Below, piece after piece: positions 18,537-27,014 of a stretch of 64,000 bases of DNA. The notes under the pieces are model-generated. The model was not told the DNA's origin, searched no databases, and worked only from the letters and a program-made list of their open reading frames with translations. Position 1 is the stretch's first letter. Every line of letters starts with the position of its first letter. The DNA comes from a bacterium. GTDB taxonomy: Bacteria; RUG730. The DNA is taken from NCBI GenBank assembly GCA_031551405.1, contig JAVBNQ010000003.1, positions 124,001 through 188,000 of the forward strand, given 5' to 3'. The translations under genes and the position numbers were made by a program.

Positions 18537-21095
18537 ATGTGGTATTCGAAAAATCCATCGGAAGTTTTACAAATTTTTGGTTCAAAAAAAGAGGGTTTGA
18601 GTCATAGTGAAGCAATCAGCCGTTTAGAAAAATTTGGGTTAAACAAGCTTCAAGACGGAAAACAAAAAACAATTTTTGAGATTTTTATTGCGCAATTCGG
18701 TGACTTGATGATTTGGGTTTTGATAGCAGCTGCGATAATTTCCGCATTTTTGGGCGAGATGATTGACTCGGCAATTATTGCGTTTGTGGTAATTTTGAAC
18801 GCGATACTCGGCACGATTCAGGAGTCAAAGGCCGAAGCCGCTCTTTTGGCTCTACAAAATATGGCAGCTCCGTCAGCAAAAGTAGTGAGGGATGGAGCTA
18901 TAGAAAAAATCACTGCATCCGAACTTGTTCCGGGAGATGTCGTCGTCATTGAGGCTGGAGACAGTATTCCGGCTGATTTGCGGCTCGTCGAGACTTATTC
19001 ATTAAAAATTGAGGAATCAGCTCTCACCGGCGAATCGGTTCCAGTAGAAAAAGATGCAGAAAAAATTATTGATGAGAAATCGAGTCTTGGCGATAGGATT
19101 AATCTGGCTTTTATGGGAACTCACGCGACTTATGGTAGGGGGCTAGGGATCGTCGTAGAAACTGGCATGAAAACTGAAATGGGAAAAATCGCTGCCGGCT
19201 TACAGATTACAACAAAAGAAACCACTCCGCTTCAAAAAAAATTGAATCAAATTTCTAATATACTTTCTATCGGAGTTTTGGCGATTGCTGCCGTGATTTT
19301 TGTGATTGGGCTTTTGACTGGGAACGAACCTCTCGAAATGTTCTTGACTGCAGTTTCGCTCGCAGTTGCCGCAATCCCGGAAGGCCTCGTCGCTGTAGTA
19401 ACGATAGTTTTGGCGCTCGGTATGTCTAAGATGGCTGCAAAAGGCGCGATCATTCGAAGGCTTCCGGCAGTCGAGACCCTTGGCTCTACGCAAATAATTT
19501 GCTCTGACAAAACCGGTACTTTGACTCAGAACAAAATGACTGTAAAAGAAATTTTTGCTGATGACGAAAACCTACTCGTTTCCGCAATGGCAAATTGCAA
19601 TGACTCAAAACTCGGGAAAAACGATGTTTTTGTAGGGGATCCGACAGAAACAGCTTTGCTGGATTTTGTTTTGCTCAAAAATTGGACGAAAGATGCGTTA
19701 AAAAATAGAACGAGAGTTGGAGAAATTCCATTTGATTCTGAAAGAAAATTATCGACGGTTGCGATACAATTAAATGGCAAAACTCGAGTCTTTGTAAAAG
19801 GCGCGCCGGATATTTTATTGACAAAAATCACGAATGAATTTAAAAATAACGAAGTAAAAACAATCTCTCGAGAAAAAATTCTTGAAATCGAAAAAGTTAA
19901 CGAAGATATGGCAAAAAAAGCGCTCAGAGTTTTGGCTTTTTCGTATCGAGATGAAGAAAATTTGGATTACACAAAACCGGACGAAGTCGAGAATAATTTG
20001 ACGTTTGTTGGATTAGTTGGGATGATTGATCCGGCTCGTCCTGAAGCAAAAGACGCAATCAGTTTATGTAAAAAAGCAGGAATAGCGTCGGTGATGATCA
20101 CCGGCGATCATAAAATTACGGCTGTTTCAATAGCAAAAGAACTGGGAATTCTAGACGGAGAAAAACAAGCGATCACAGGACTTGAGCTAGAAGCAATGAA
20201 CGATGATGAACTTTTTGATGGTGTAGAAAAAATTCGAGTTTATGCTCGAGTTGCGCCTGAACATAAATCTAGAATCGTCAAAGCTTGGCAAAAAAAAGGT
20301 AAAGTTGTTGCGATGACAGGCGACGGAGTCAACGACGCTCCGGCATTAAAACTTGCTGATATTGGCGTTGGAATGGGAATCACAGGCACAGACGTTTCTA
20401 AAGGCGCATCGGATATGGTTTTGACAGATGATAATTTTGCAACGATCGTTTCTGCAGTCAAGGAAGGCCGCCGCATTTTCGACAATATTCATAAAACCGT
20501 TCGTTTTCTTCTTTCATCAAACGCCGGCGAAGTTATCTCGATTTTGACTGCGACGATAGCAGGCTGGCACTTTTTGGCGCCTGTTCACATACTTTGGATA
20601 AATCTCGTGACAGACACTTTCCCGGCTTTAGCTCTAGGAGCTGAGCCCGCTGAATTTGACGTGATGGATAGAAATCCGCGTGATCAAAAAGAACCTTTTT
20701 TTGACGCAAAATCCTGGGTACGAATCGTGATAGTCGGAACGGCCGAGGCAACTCTTGCCATCATCGCCTATCTCGTCGGAGGCAAAGGAGCGACTGGTAC
20801 GACGATGGCATTTTTGACACTTTCGTTGTCGCAACTTTTTGCTGCCATCGGGTTCCAGAGTGAAAGAAATAGCATTTTTAAAATTAAGCTTAAGGAGCAT
20901 CCAATTCTTTGGCTCGCATTTTTGGGCTCTGCGCTTTTGCAGCTCGTCGTAGTTTTTGTGCCGGTTATAAGAGAGATTTTTGGGCTAACTAGTTTGTCGT
21001 TTCTTAATTGGCTTACAATTATAGGTTTATGTTTTGCAATGCTAATTTTCGTCGAATTACAGAAATTTCTCACAAAATTACGAGATCAGAAATAG
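18537..21095 (+). CDS. Cation (likely Ca2+)-translocating P-type ATPase, P2A type
   Basis: TGES, AIPEGL, DKTGT, KGAP, TGDGVNDAPAL and WINLVTD motifs. Confidence 0.95.
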   Translation: MWYSKNPSEVLQIFGSKKEGLSHSEAISRLEKFGLNKLQDGKQKTIFEIFIAQFGDLMIWVLIAAAIISAFLGEMIDSAIIAFVVILNAILGTIQESKAEAALLALQNMAAPSAKVVRDGAIEKITASELVPGDVVVIEAGDSIPADLRLVETYSLKIEESALTGESVPVEKDAEKIIDEKSSLGDRINLAFMGTHATYGRGLGIVVETGMKTEMGKIAAGLQITTKETTPLQKKLNQISNILSIGVLAIAAVIFVIGLLTGNEPLEMFLTAVSLAVAAIPEGLVAVVTIVLALGMSKMAAKGAIIRRLPAVETLGSTQIICSDKTGTLTQNKMTVKEIFADDENLLVSAMANCNDSKLGKNDVFVGDPTETALLDFVLLKNWTKDALKNRTRVGEIPFDSERKLSTVAIQLNGKTRVFVKGAPDILLTKITNEFKNNEVKTISREKILEIEKVNEDMAKKALRVLAFSYRDEENLDYTKPDEVENNLTFVGLVGMIDPARPEAKDAISLCKKAGIASVMITGDHKITAVSIAKELGILDGEKQAITGLELEAMNDDELFDGVEKIRVYARVAPEHKSRIVKAWQKKGKVVAMTGDGVNDAPALKLADIGVGMGITGTDVSKGASDMVLTDDNFATIVSAVKEGRRIFDNIHKTVRFLLSSNAGEVISILTATIAGWHFLAPVHILWINLVTDTFPALALGAEPAEFDVMDRNPRDQKEPFFDAKSWVRIVIVGTAEATLAIIAYLVGGKGATGTTMAFLTLSLSQLFAAIGFQSERNSIFKIKLKEHPILWLAFLGSALLQLVVVFVPVIREIFGLTSLSFLNWLTIIGLCFAMLIFVELQKFLTKLRDQK

Positions 21096-21107
21096 CTGGA
21101 GATAAAT

Positions 21108-22271
21108 TTGAAAAATATTGTAATTTTAGGCTCTACCGGCTCAATCGGGAAAATGACTCTGGAAGTGCTTGATCATTTGAAAGAATATCGCGTTTTGGGG
21201 CTCGCTGCCAATGGGAATACTGAGCTGTTGAAATCGCAAATTTTGAAATGTAAACCTAAATTTGTGGCAATTAGCGATGAAAAAAAATATTCGGAATTTT
21301 TAAAAACCGAAAAATTTTTTATCGAGCAAAATGACGTGACAATTTTTGGCGGAGAAGCCGGTCTCGTCGATATTTTGGATATTGACGGAATTGACTTTAT
21401 ACTGGTGGCTGTCGTCGGAGCAATCGGACTTTTATCTATTTCAAAGGCGATACAGCGAGGTTTGAAAGTCGCAGTAGCCAACAAAGAACCGCTTGTGATT
21501 GCTGGCGAATTTTTGATGCAAGAATGCAAAAAACATTCTACCCAGATTATTCCGGTCGATAGCGAGCATAGTGCAATTTTTCAATGTCTACTTGGCGAGA
21601 ATCGCAGCGAGGTAAAACGAATAATTTTAACTGCTTCCGGTGGTCCGTTTTACAATAAAAGCTGCTATGACTTAAAAAACGTAACCGTTGAAGAAGCATT
21701 AGCTCACCCGCGCTGGAAAATGGGAAGAAAAATCACGATTGATTCCGCGACGATGATGAACAAAGGTTTTGAGGTGATTGAAGCGCATTATTTGTTTGGA
21801 ATGCCGGCGGAAAATATAGACGTGATTATCCACAGAGAATCTGTGATTCACTCGATGGTGGAGTTTATCGATGGAAGCGTCAAAGCGCATCTCGGAGAAA
21901 CGGACATGAAAATTCCGATACAGTTTGCTCTGACTTATCCGAAACGCGTTTTGGCGTCAAATGAACGTTTTGATTTCGCAAAACTCAAAAGTTTAAATTT
22001 TGAAGACGTTGATTTTGCAAAATTTAAGTGTTTAAAATTGGCGTATGAATGCCTAAAAAATGGACAAGATTATCATGTGGTTTTAAATGCAGCCAACGAA
22101 GTTTTAGTAGAAAAATTTTTGAACGAAGAAATAAGATTTTTGGATATTCAAAATAAATTGAACGAAATATTGGTAAAGCACAAATCTCAAAAATTAAATG
22201 ATATTTATGACGTGATAGCGTTAGACAAGGAAACAAGAAAAAAAGTAAGTAGGGAAATTAGCAGATTTTAG
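21108..22271 (+). CDS. dxr: 1-deoxy-D-xylulose-5-phosphate reductoisomerase
   Basis: LGSTGSIG, ANKE, PVDSEHSAIFQ, HPRWKMGRKITIDSATMMNKG. Confidence 0.97.
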   Translation: MKNIVILGSTGSIGKMTLEVLDHLKEYRVLGLAANGNTELLKSQILKCKPKFVAISDEKKYSEFLKTEKFFIEQNDVTIFGGEAGLVDILDIDGIDFILVAVVGAIGLLSISKAIQRGLKVAVANKEPLVIAGEFLMQECKKHSTQIIPVDSEHSAIFQCLLGENRSEVKRIILTASGGPFYNKSCYDLKNVTVEEALAHPRWKMGRKITIDSATMMNKGFEVIEAHYLFGMPAENIDVIIHRESVIHSMVEFIDGSVKAHLGETDMKIPIQFALTYPKRVLASNERFDFAKLKSLNFEDVDFAKFKCLKLAYECLKNGQDYHVVLNAANEVLVEKFLNEEIRFLDIQNKLNEILVKHKSQKLNDIYDVIALDKETRKKVSREISRF

Positions 22272-22377
22272 AGATTTTAGAAATTTTAGATTCAGAGAGA
22301 TAAAATAAAAAAAATTTAAACGAAAAACATTAAGAAAGAAAAGTGTCCGAGAACAAAAAATATTAAATAAAAAAACT

Positions 22378-22881
22378 TTGAAAAAAATGCAAAAAATAAG
22401 CTTAAAAGAAATAAAAAATCGAATGTTTTTTCCACAAACTTTTGAAAGCGATTCTCCAAAATATACGAGTGAAATTGCCAAAAATTTCGCCAAAATCATA
22501 AAAAAAGGCGACAATATTTTTTTAACCGGAGATTTAGGCACAGGAAAAACATTTTTTACGAAAGAATTGCTCACTTCTCTGGAAACTGAAGACTTTGTGA
22601 ATAGCCCGTCGTTTAAATTGATTAATGAGTACCGGACGAAGAGTTTCAAAATTTTGCATTTTGATTTATACAGACTGGAAAATGTTGATGAAATTTTGTA
22701 TTTGGGTTGGGAAGAGATGATGACTTCTGACGCGATTTGTATCGTCGAGTGGGCAGAAAGAGCAAAAAATATTTTGCCTGAAAAACGTTATGAAATTAGT
22801 TTTGAGCATTTTTTTCAACATTTTTCGACTAAGAAAAAAGAAGTTAACAAAAGAATGATTAAAATTATAAAAATCGATTAA
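22378..22881 (+). CDS. tsaE: tRNA threonylcarbamoyladenosine biosynthesis ATPase TsaE
   Basis: GDLGTGKT, SPSF, HFDLYRL, VEW. The start may be a downstream ATG. Confidence 0.93.
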   Translation: MKKMQKISLKEIKNRMFFPQTFESDSPKYTSEIAKNFAKIIKKGDNIFLTGDLGTGKTFFTKELLTSLETEDFVNSPSFKLINEYRTKSFKILHFDLYRLENVDEILYLGWEEMMTSDAICIVEWAERAKNILPEKRYEISFEHFFQHFSTKKKEVNKRMIKIIKID

Positions 22882-22908
22882 AATTTTATAAAACCAGAGA
22901 AATGACAG

Positions 22909-23604
22909 ATGAAAAAATTAGGAATTGATACGACGACGAATATTTGTAAAATCGTTTTAAAGATTGGTGAAAAATATATCGAGAAAAATTTTGAAAATAA
23001 ATTAAGTCACAGCGATATTTTGCTTCCGGAATTAAAAAAATTGCTAAATGGAAACGAGATTAAATTAGAAAATATAGACGAGATAACAGTAAATATTGGA
23101 CCTGGTTCTTTTACTGGAACGCGAGTCGGAGTAACAGTTGCAAGAATGCTCGCTCAAATTTTGAACATAAAAATAAAACCGATTACGTCGCTCGACAATT
23201 TGAAGCAGACTTTTTTTTACTCAAAAAAAAATAATACTGAAGCAGATTATTTTTTGGTTTTGATAGATGCGATGAGATCAGAATGTTATTTTGGAATTTT
23301 TGATAAGACGCTAAATAAAATTGAAGAATTTGGAATTGTCGACGAAGTACAAATGTATCAGTTACTGCGAAACTTTGGGAAAAACAAAAAAATTGAAGTT
23401 TGCGGTTCCGGCGTAAAAAATTTTGAAAATTTATTAAATCAGTTTGAAAATATAAAAATTTTTGATAATCTTAAGATACAAAATTCGAACTTGATCAAAA
23501 ATGCTAATCTTGAACAAACAAAAAGTTTTGAGTATTGGGAAATAAAACCTCTTTATATTAGAAAAAGCGCTGCTGAAGAAAAAATAAGCATTTCTAAAAA
23601 ATAA
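22909..23604 (+). CDS. tsaB: tRNA threonylcarbamoyltransferase complex subunit TsaB
   Basis: LGIDT, GPGSFTGTRVG, IDAMRSE, PLYIRKSAAE. Confidence 0.93.
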   Translation: MKKLGIDTTTNICKIVLKIGEKYIEKNFENKLSHSDILLPELKKLLNGNEIKLENIDEITVNIGPGSFTGTRVGVTVARMLAQILNIKIKPITSLDNLKQTFFYSKKNNTEADYFLVLIDAMRSECYFGIFDKTLNKIEEFGIVDEVQMYQLLRNFGKNKKIEVCGSGVKNFENLLNQFENIKIFDNLKIQNSNLIKNANLEQTKSFEYWEIKPLYIRKSAAEEKISISKK

Positions 23605-23661
23605 TTCAGGTTTGTTTAAAAAAATTTTAAATTTTAAAAATTAAAAATTAGGAGGCTTTAT

Positions 23662-24018
23662 ATGGGTTTTTTTGAGTTTATTTTAGTTTTTTTATCAATT
23701 TTTGTACTTTTTTCTCCACTTTTTTTGTTTTTTATGCTATTAAATATAGACTATGAAATTTTAGAGGACAGATTGAACTTTAAATTTTATAAGTGGAAAT
23801 TGCGCACGATCATGTATTCGAACATAAAAAATATCAAACCATTTAAACAGTTTCCATCTATAAAATACGAAAAATTTCCGTTTAATAATGCAATAATGAT
23901 AGATTTGTATAAAGCGCCAATTTTAAATTTTTCACAAATAGTGATAGCTCCTAAAAATCGTGATGAAGTCGCAAACATACTTGGCGAAAAAATTAATGCT
24001 TACAAACTCAAACAATAA
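23662..24018 (+). CDS. Small membrane-anchored hypothetical protein (possible bacterial PH domain)
   Basis: AGGAGG RBS; N-terminal TM followed by a beta-rich segment and IAPKNRDE helix. Confidence 0.65.
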   Translation: MGFFEFILVFLSIFVLFSPLFLFFMLLNIDYEILEDRLNFKFYKWKLRTIMYSNIKNIKPFKQFPSIKYEKFPFNNAIMIDLYKAPILNFSQIVIAPKNRDEVANILGEKINAYKLKQ

Positions 24019-24685
24019 AAAATTAGTAATTTTTGATCTCGATGGCACTATTTGCGATTCGATTTCTGATATTGCTAAAACTTTAAATTTAACTCTAACA
24101 GAATTCGGGCAGAAAACTGTCGAGATAGATAAAATCAAAGCTGCGGTTGGTAGCGGACTTTTCACGCTTATAACGGAAACTTTACATGAAGATTTTGTAA
24201 ATGACGACGAAAAAATACGTCAGCTTTACTCACGTTTTCTTGATAAATATTTGGAAATAATGTCGGAAACTTCGACTTTGTACCCCGGAATCACAGAGCT
24301 TTTGAAAGATTTATCTCAATACGATTTTGTAAAAAAAGCCGTTATTTCAAATAAACATGAAAAAGCTTGCAAAATCCTATTGAAAAATTTGGATATCGCT
24401 CAATATTTCGATTTTATAGCAGGAGAAGATACGTTTCAGGAAAGAAAACCAAGTCCTATTCCGATATTTTGCGTTTCAAAAAAATTAAACGTAAAACTCG
24501 AGAACACGATTATGATTGGAGACGGAATGAACGATGTTTTGGCGGCTAAAGCGAGCGGAATAAAAAATATCATGGTTTCTTATGGATACTCACCGCTTGA
24601 TAGTATTTTACGGGAAAAACCAGATTTTGTAGCTAGCAATGTTTCAGATGTGAAAAAGTTAGTTTTTGAATTTTGTGGAATTTAG
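23996..24685 (+). CDS. gph: HAD-family phosphatase (phosphoglycolate phosphatase-like)
   Basis: IFDLDGT, SNK, RKPSP and MIGDGMND motifs. Start set at ATG 23996. Confidence 0.85.
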   Translation: MLTNSNNKKLVIFDLDGTICDSISDIAKTLNLTLTEFGQKTVEIDKIKAAVGSGLFTLITETLHEDFVNDDEKIRQLYSRFLDKYLEIMSETSTLYPGITELLKDLSQYDFVKKAVISNKHEKACKILLKNLDIAQYFDFIAGEDTFQERKPSPIPIFCVSKKLNVKLENTIMIGDGMNDVLAAKASGIKNIMVSYGYSPLDSILREKPDFVASNVSDVKKLVFEFCGI

Positions 24686-24702
24686 ATTAATAGAGTCGAA
24701 AT

Positions 24703-25380
24703 ATGGAAAATATATTTATCTTAAAAATTAAAAGTTTGTCAGAAAAAATTTTTACTAATTCAAATTTTATTGACGATATAAAATTAGAAAAAATCGTAAA
24801 ATACATAGACTTTTTAAAGGAAGAAAATAAAAAAATAAATCTGATATCTCGAAAATCTACCGACGAAGAAATTGTGGAACGGCATATTTTAAGCTCATTA
24901 TTATTTGCAAAACACATAAAAATTTTGCAGGGAAAAAATGAAATAAAAAGGCTTGTAGACATTGGTAGCGGATCAGGTTTCCCGTCAATAATTTTAGCTA
25001 TTTGTTTCCCAGAAATTTATGTTGCAGTTGTTGATTCTATCCAAAAAAAAATCGATTTTTTGTACGATACTGCAAAATTGTTAGACTTAAAAAATGTAGA
25101 TTGTTTTTGGGGAAGAATAGAAGATTTTGGCGAGGCAAAAGGTTTTATGCAGACTTTTGATGTTTGTACAGCGAGGGCTCTTGGAAGTTTAGAGCTCACG
25201 ACAGATTATAGCCTTCGATTACTAAAACCTGACGGCGTTTTTGTGACAATAAAATCGTTTGATCAAGAAGCAGAAATTTCTAAAAGTATCGCAACGCTCG
25301 AGAAACAAAAAATAAAATTTGAAATTTTAAACGAAGAAATAGACAAGAGTTTTATAATTTTGTCGAAAGTTTTTTTATAA
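24703..25380 (+). CDS. rsmG: 16S rRNA m7G527 methyltransferase
   Basis: KINLISR, VDIGSGSGFP, DSIQKK, GRIE, TARA motifs. Confidence 0.93.
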   Translation: MENIFILKIKSLSEKIFTNSNFIDDIKLEKIVKYIDFLKEENKKINLISRKSTDEEIVERHILSSLLFAKHIKILQGKNEIKRLVDIGSGSGFPSIILAICFPEIYVAVVDSIQKKIDFLYDTAKLLDLKNVDCFWGRIEDFGEAKGFMQTFDVCTARALGSLELTTDYSLRLLKPDGVFVTIKSFDQEAEISKSIATLEKQKIKFEILNEEIDKSFIILSKVFL

Positions 25381-25402
25381 ATTATTATTTTGGAGGGGGA
25401 AA

Positions 25403-27013
25403 ATATTAAATAAGGTTCAGAGGCGTGATTTCCAAAGATTTCAAATTGACCACACCTTACCCATTTCAATAATTAACGCACAAAATTTAGTAGAAGCAAA
25501 AGGCGAAACTTTAAGTATAAGCAGAAAAGGTTTATGCGTAAAATTAGATCGAGATTTTTCTGTTTTTGAACGAATAGAATTGATATTAAATTTCCAAAAT
25601 GATAAAAATTTTACCTTGAAAGGCAGAATTATTTGGCATGACAAAGCTACGTCGTCATACGGAGTCGATTTATCAGAATATGAGACAAATTTTCCGGATT
25701 ATTTCGAAGGGTATTTGTCTGCTCTAGAAACAACAAAAAAAGTAATTGATAGACGTGAAAAAACAGATAGACGAGAAACAAAAATAGACGGTGAAAATCT
25801 TAAAACTAGAAAAACAGATAGACGTGAAGAAAAACCGTTTTTTTTGAAATGTAAAAAATATAATTTAATTAAAAATTTAATGAAAGACGGAAATTGTTTC
25901 TTTTTACGAGAGCTCGCAACAGGTTCGATGAATAAAATTATCGTCAATGGCAAAGAGTTTTTAAACTTTGGTTCAAACAATTATTTAGGTTTGACATATC
26001 ATCCTGAAGTTAAAGAAGCCGGAATAAAAGCAATTGAAAAATACGGATTAGGTTCAGGTGGTGTAAGAGTATTGAGTGGAACTATTGATTTACATAATCA
26101 ACTTGAAAGAAAATTAGCTAATTTTAAAGGTGGAGAAGATTGTATTGTATATCCATCTGGATACAGCGGGAACGTCGGAGTAGTTTCCGGATTGGCAGGC
26201 AAAGACGATGTTTTAATTATTGACGAAAAAGCACACGCGAGTTTGATTGATGGCTGCATTTTATCCGGAGCAGTTTTTGAAAAATTTAGGCACAATAACT
26301 TGGAAGATTTAGAAAAAAAATTGAATAAATATAGTAATAATCAATCAAGATTGATTATTACAGACGGAGTTTTTAGTATGGACGGGGATATCTGTCCTTT
26401 GCCAGAATTATATGCGATAGCAAATAAATATAATGCTGCTATCTTGGTTGACGATGCACATGCCACAGGAGTCATAGGAGAAAATGGTCGTGGTACTGCT
26501 TCGCATTTTGGGATGGAGGGAAAAATTTCGCTTAATGTCGGAACTTTGAGTAAAGGACTGGGCAATATCGGTGGATTTACAGTTGCTAGTAAAGACATCG
26601 TCCATTATCTGAAACATAACAGTCGAGCGTTTTTATTTAGCACGAGCCTTCCACCAAGCATTTGTGCAGGCACTATGAAGGCAATAGAAATATTGGAACG
26701 AGATACAACTATAATGGACGCTTTATGGAGAAATATAAAATTTTTAACCAGCGAGCTACAAAATTTGGGTTTTGATTTAGGCGATACAAAAACAGCAATA
26801 ATTCCAATTATGGTTTATGATGATGTAAAAATACACAAATTCGTAAGATTATTGGCTGATGAAGGTATATTTTTGAATTCCGTGATTTATCCCGCCGTAA
26901 AAAGGAAACAAGCTAGAGCACGGCTTAGTCTGATGGCGACACATACGCAGCAAGATTTGGAAATTTTGGTGTCTATCCTCAAAAAGGCTGGAAAAAAGAT
27001 GGAGATAATTTAA
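25403..27013 (+). CDS. PilZ domain fused to a PLP-dependent alpha-oxoamine synthase (BioF/Kbl/SPT family)
   Basis: The frame is open upstream of the track start (25580): QRRDFQRF..LSISRKGLCV..KGRIIW..YGV (PilZ), then DRR repeats, then SNNYLGL, HASLIDG, SMDGD, DDAH, GTLSK. GGAGG sits 6 nt before an ATA codon at 25403. Confidence 0.85.
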   Translation: MLNKVQRRDFQRFQIDHTLPISIINAQNLVEAKGETLSISRKGLCVKLDRDFSVFERIELILNFQNDKNFTLKGRIIWHDKATSSYGVDLSEYETNFPDYFEGYLSALETTKKVIDRREKTDRRETKIDGENLKTRKTDRREEKPFFLKCKKYNLIKNLMKDGNCFFLRELATGSMNKIIVNGKEFLNFGSNNYLGLTYHPEVKEAGIKAIEKYGLGSGGVRVLSGTIDLHNQLERKLANFKGGEDCIVYPSGYSGNVGVVSGLAGKDDVLIIDEKAHASLIDGCILSGAVFEKFRHNNLEDLEKKLNKYSNNQSRLIITDGVFSMDGDICPLPELYAIANKYNAAILVDDAHATGVIGENGRGTASHFGMEGKISLNVGTLSKGLGNIGGFTVASKDIVHYLKHNSRAFLFSTSLPPSICAGTMKAIEILERDTTIMDALWRNIKFLTSELQNLGFDLGDTKTAIIPIMVYDDVKIHKFVRLLADEGIFLNSVIYPAVKRKQARARLSLMATHTQQDLEILVSILKKAGKKMEII

Positions 27014-27014
27014 T

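Noticed and set aside
25580-27013. Calling the PLP enzyme bioF or kbl
   Set aside because: Family motifs do not fix the substrate, no bio or tdh genes are adjacent, and it carries a PilZ fusion
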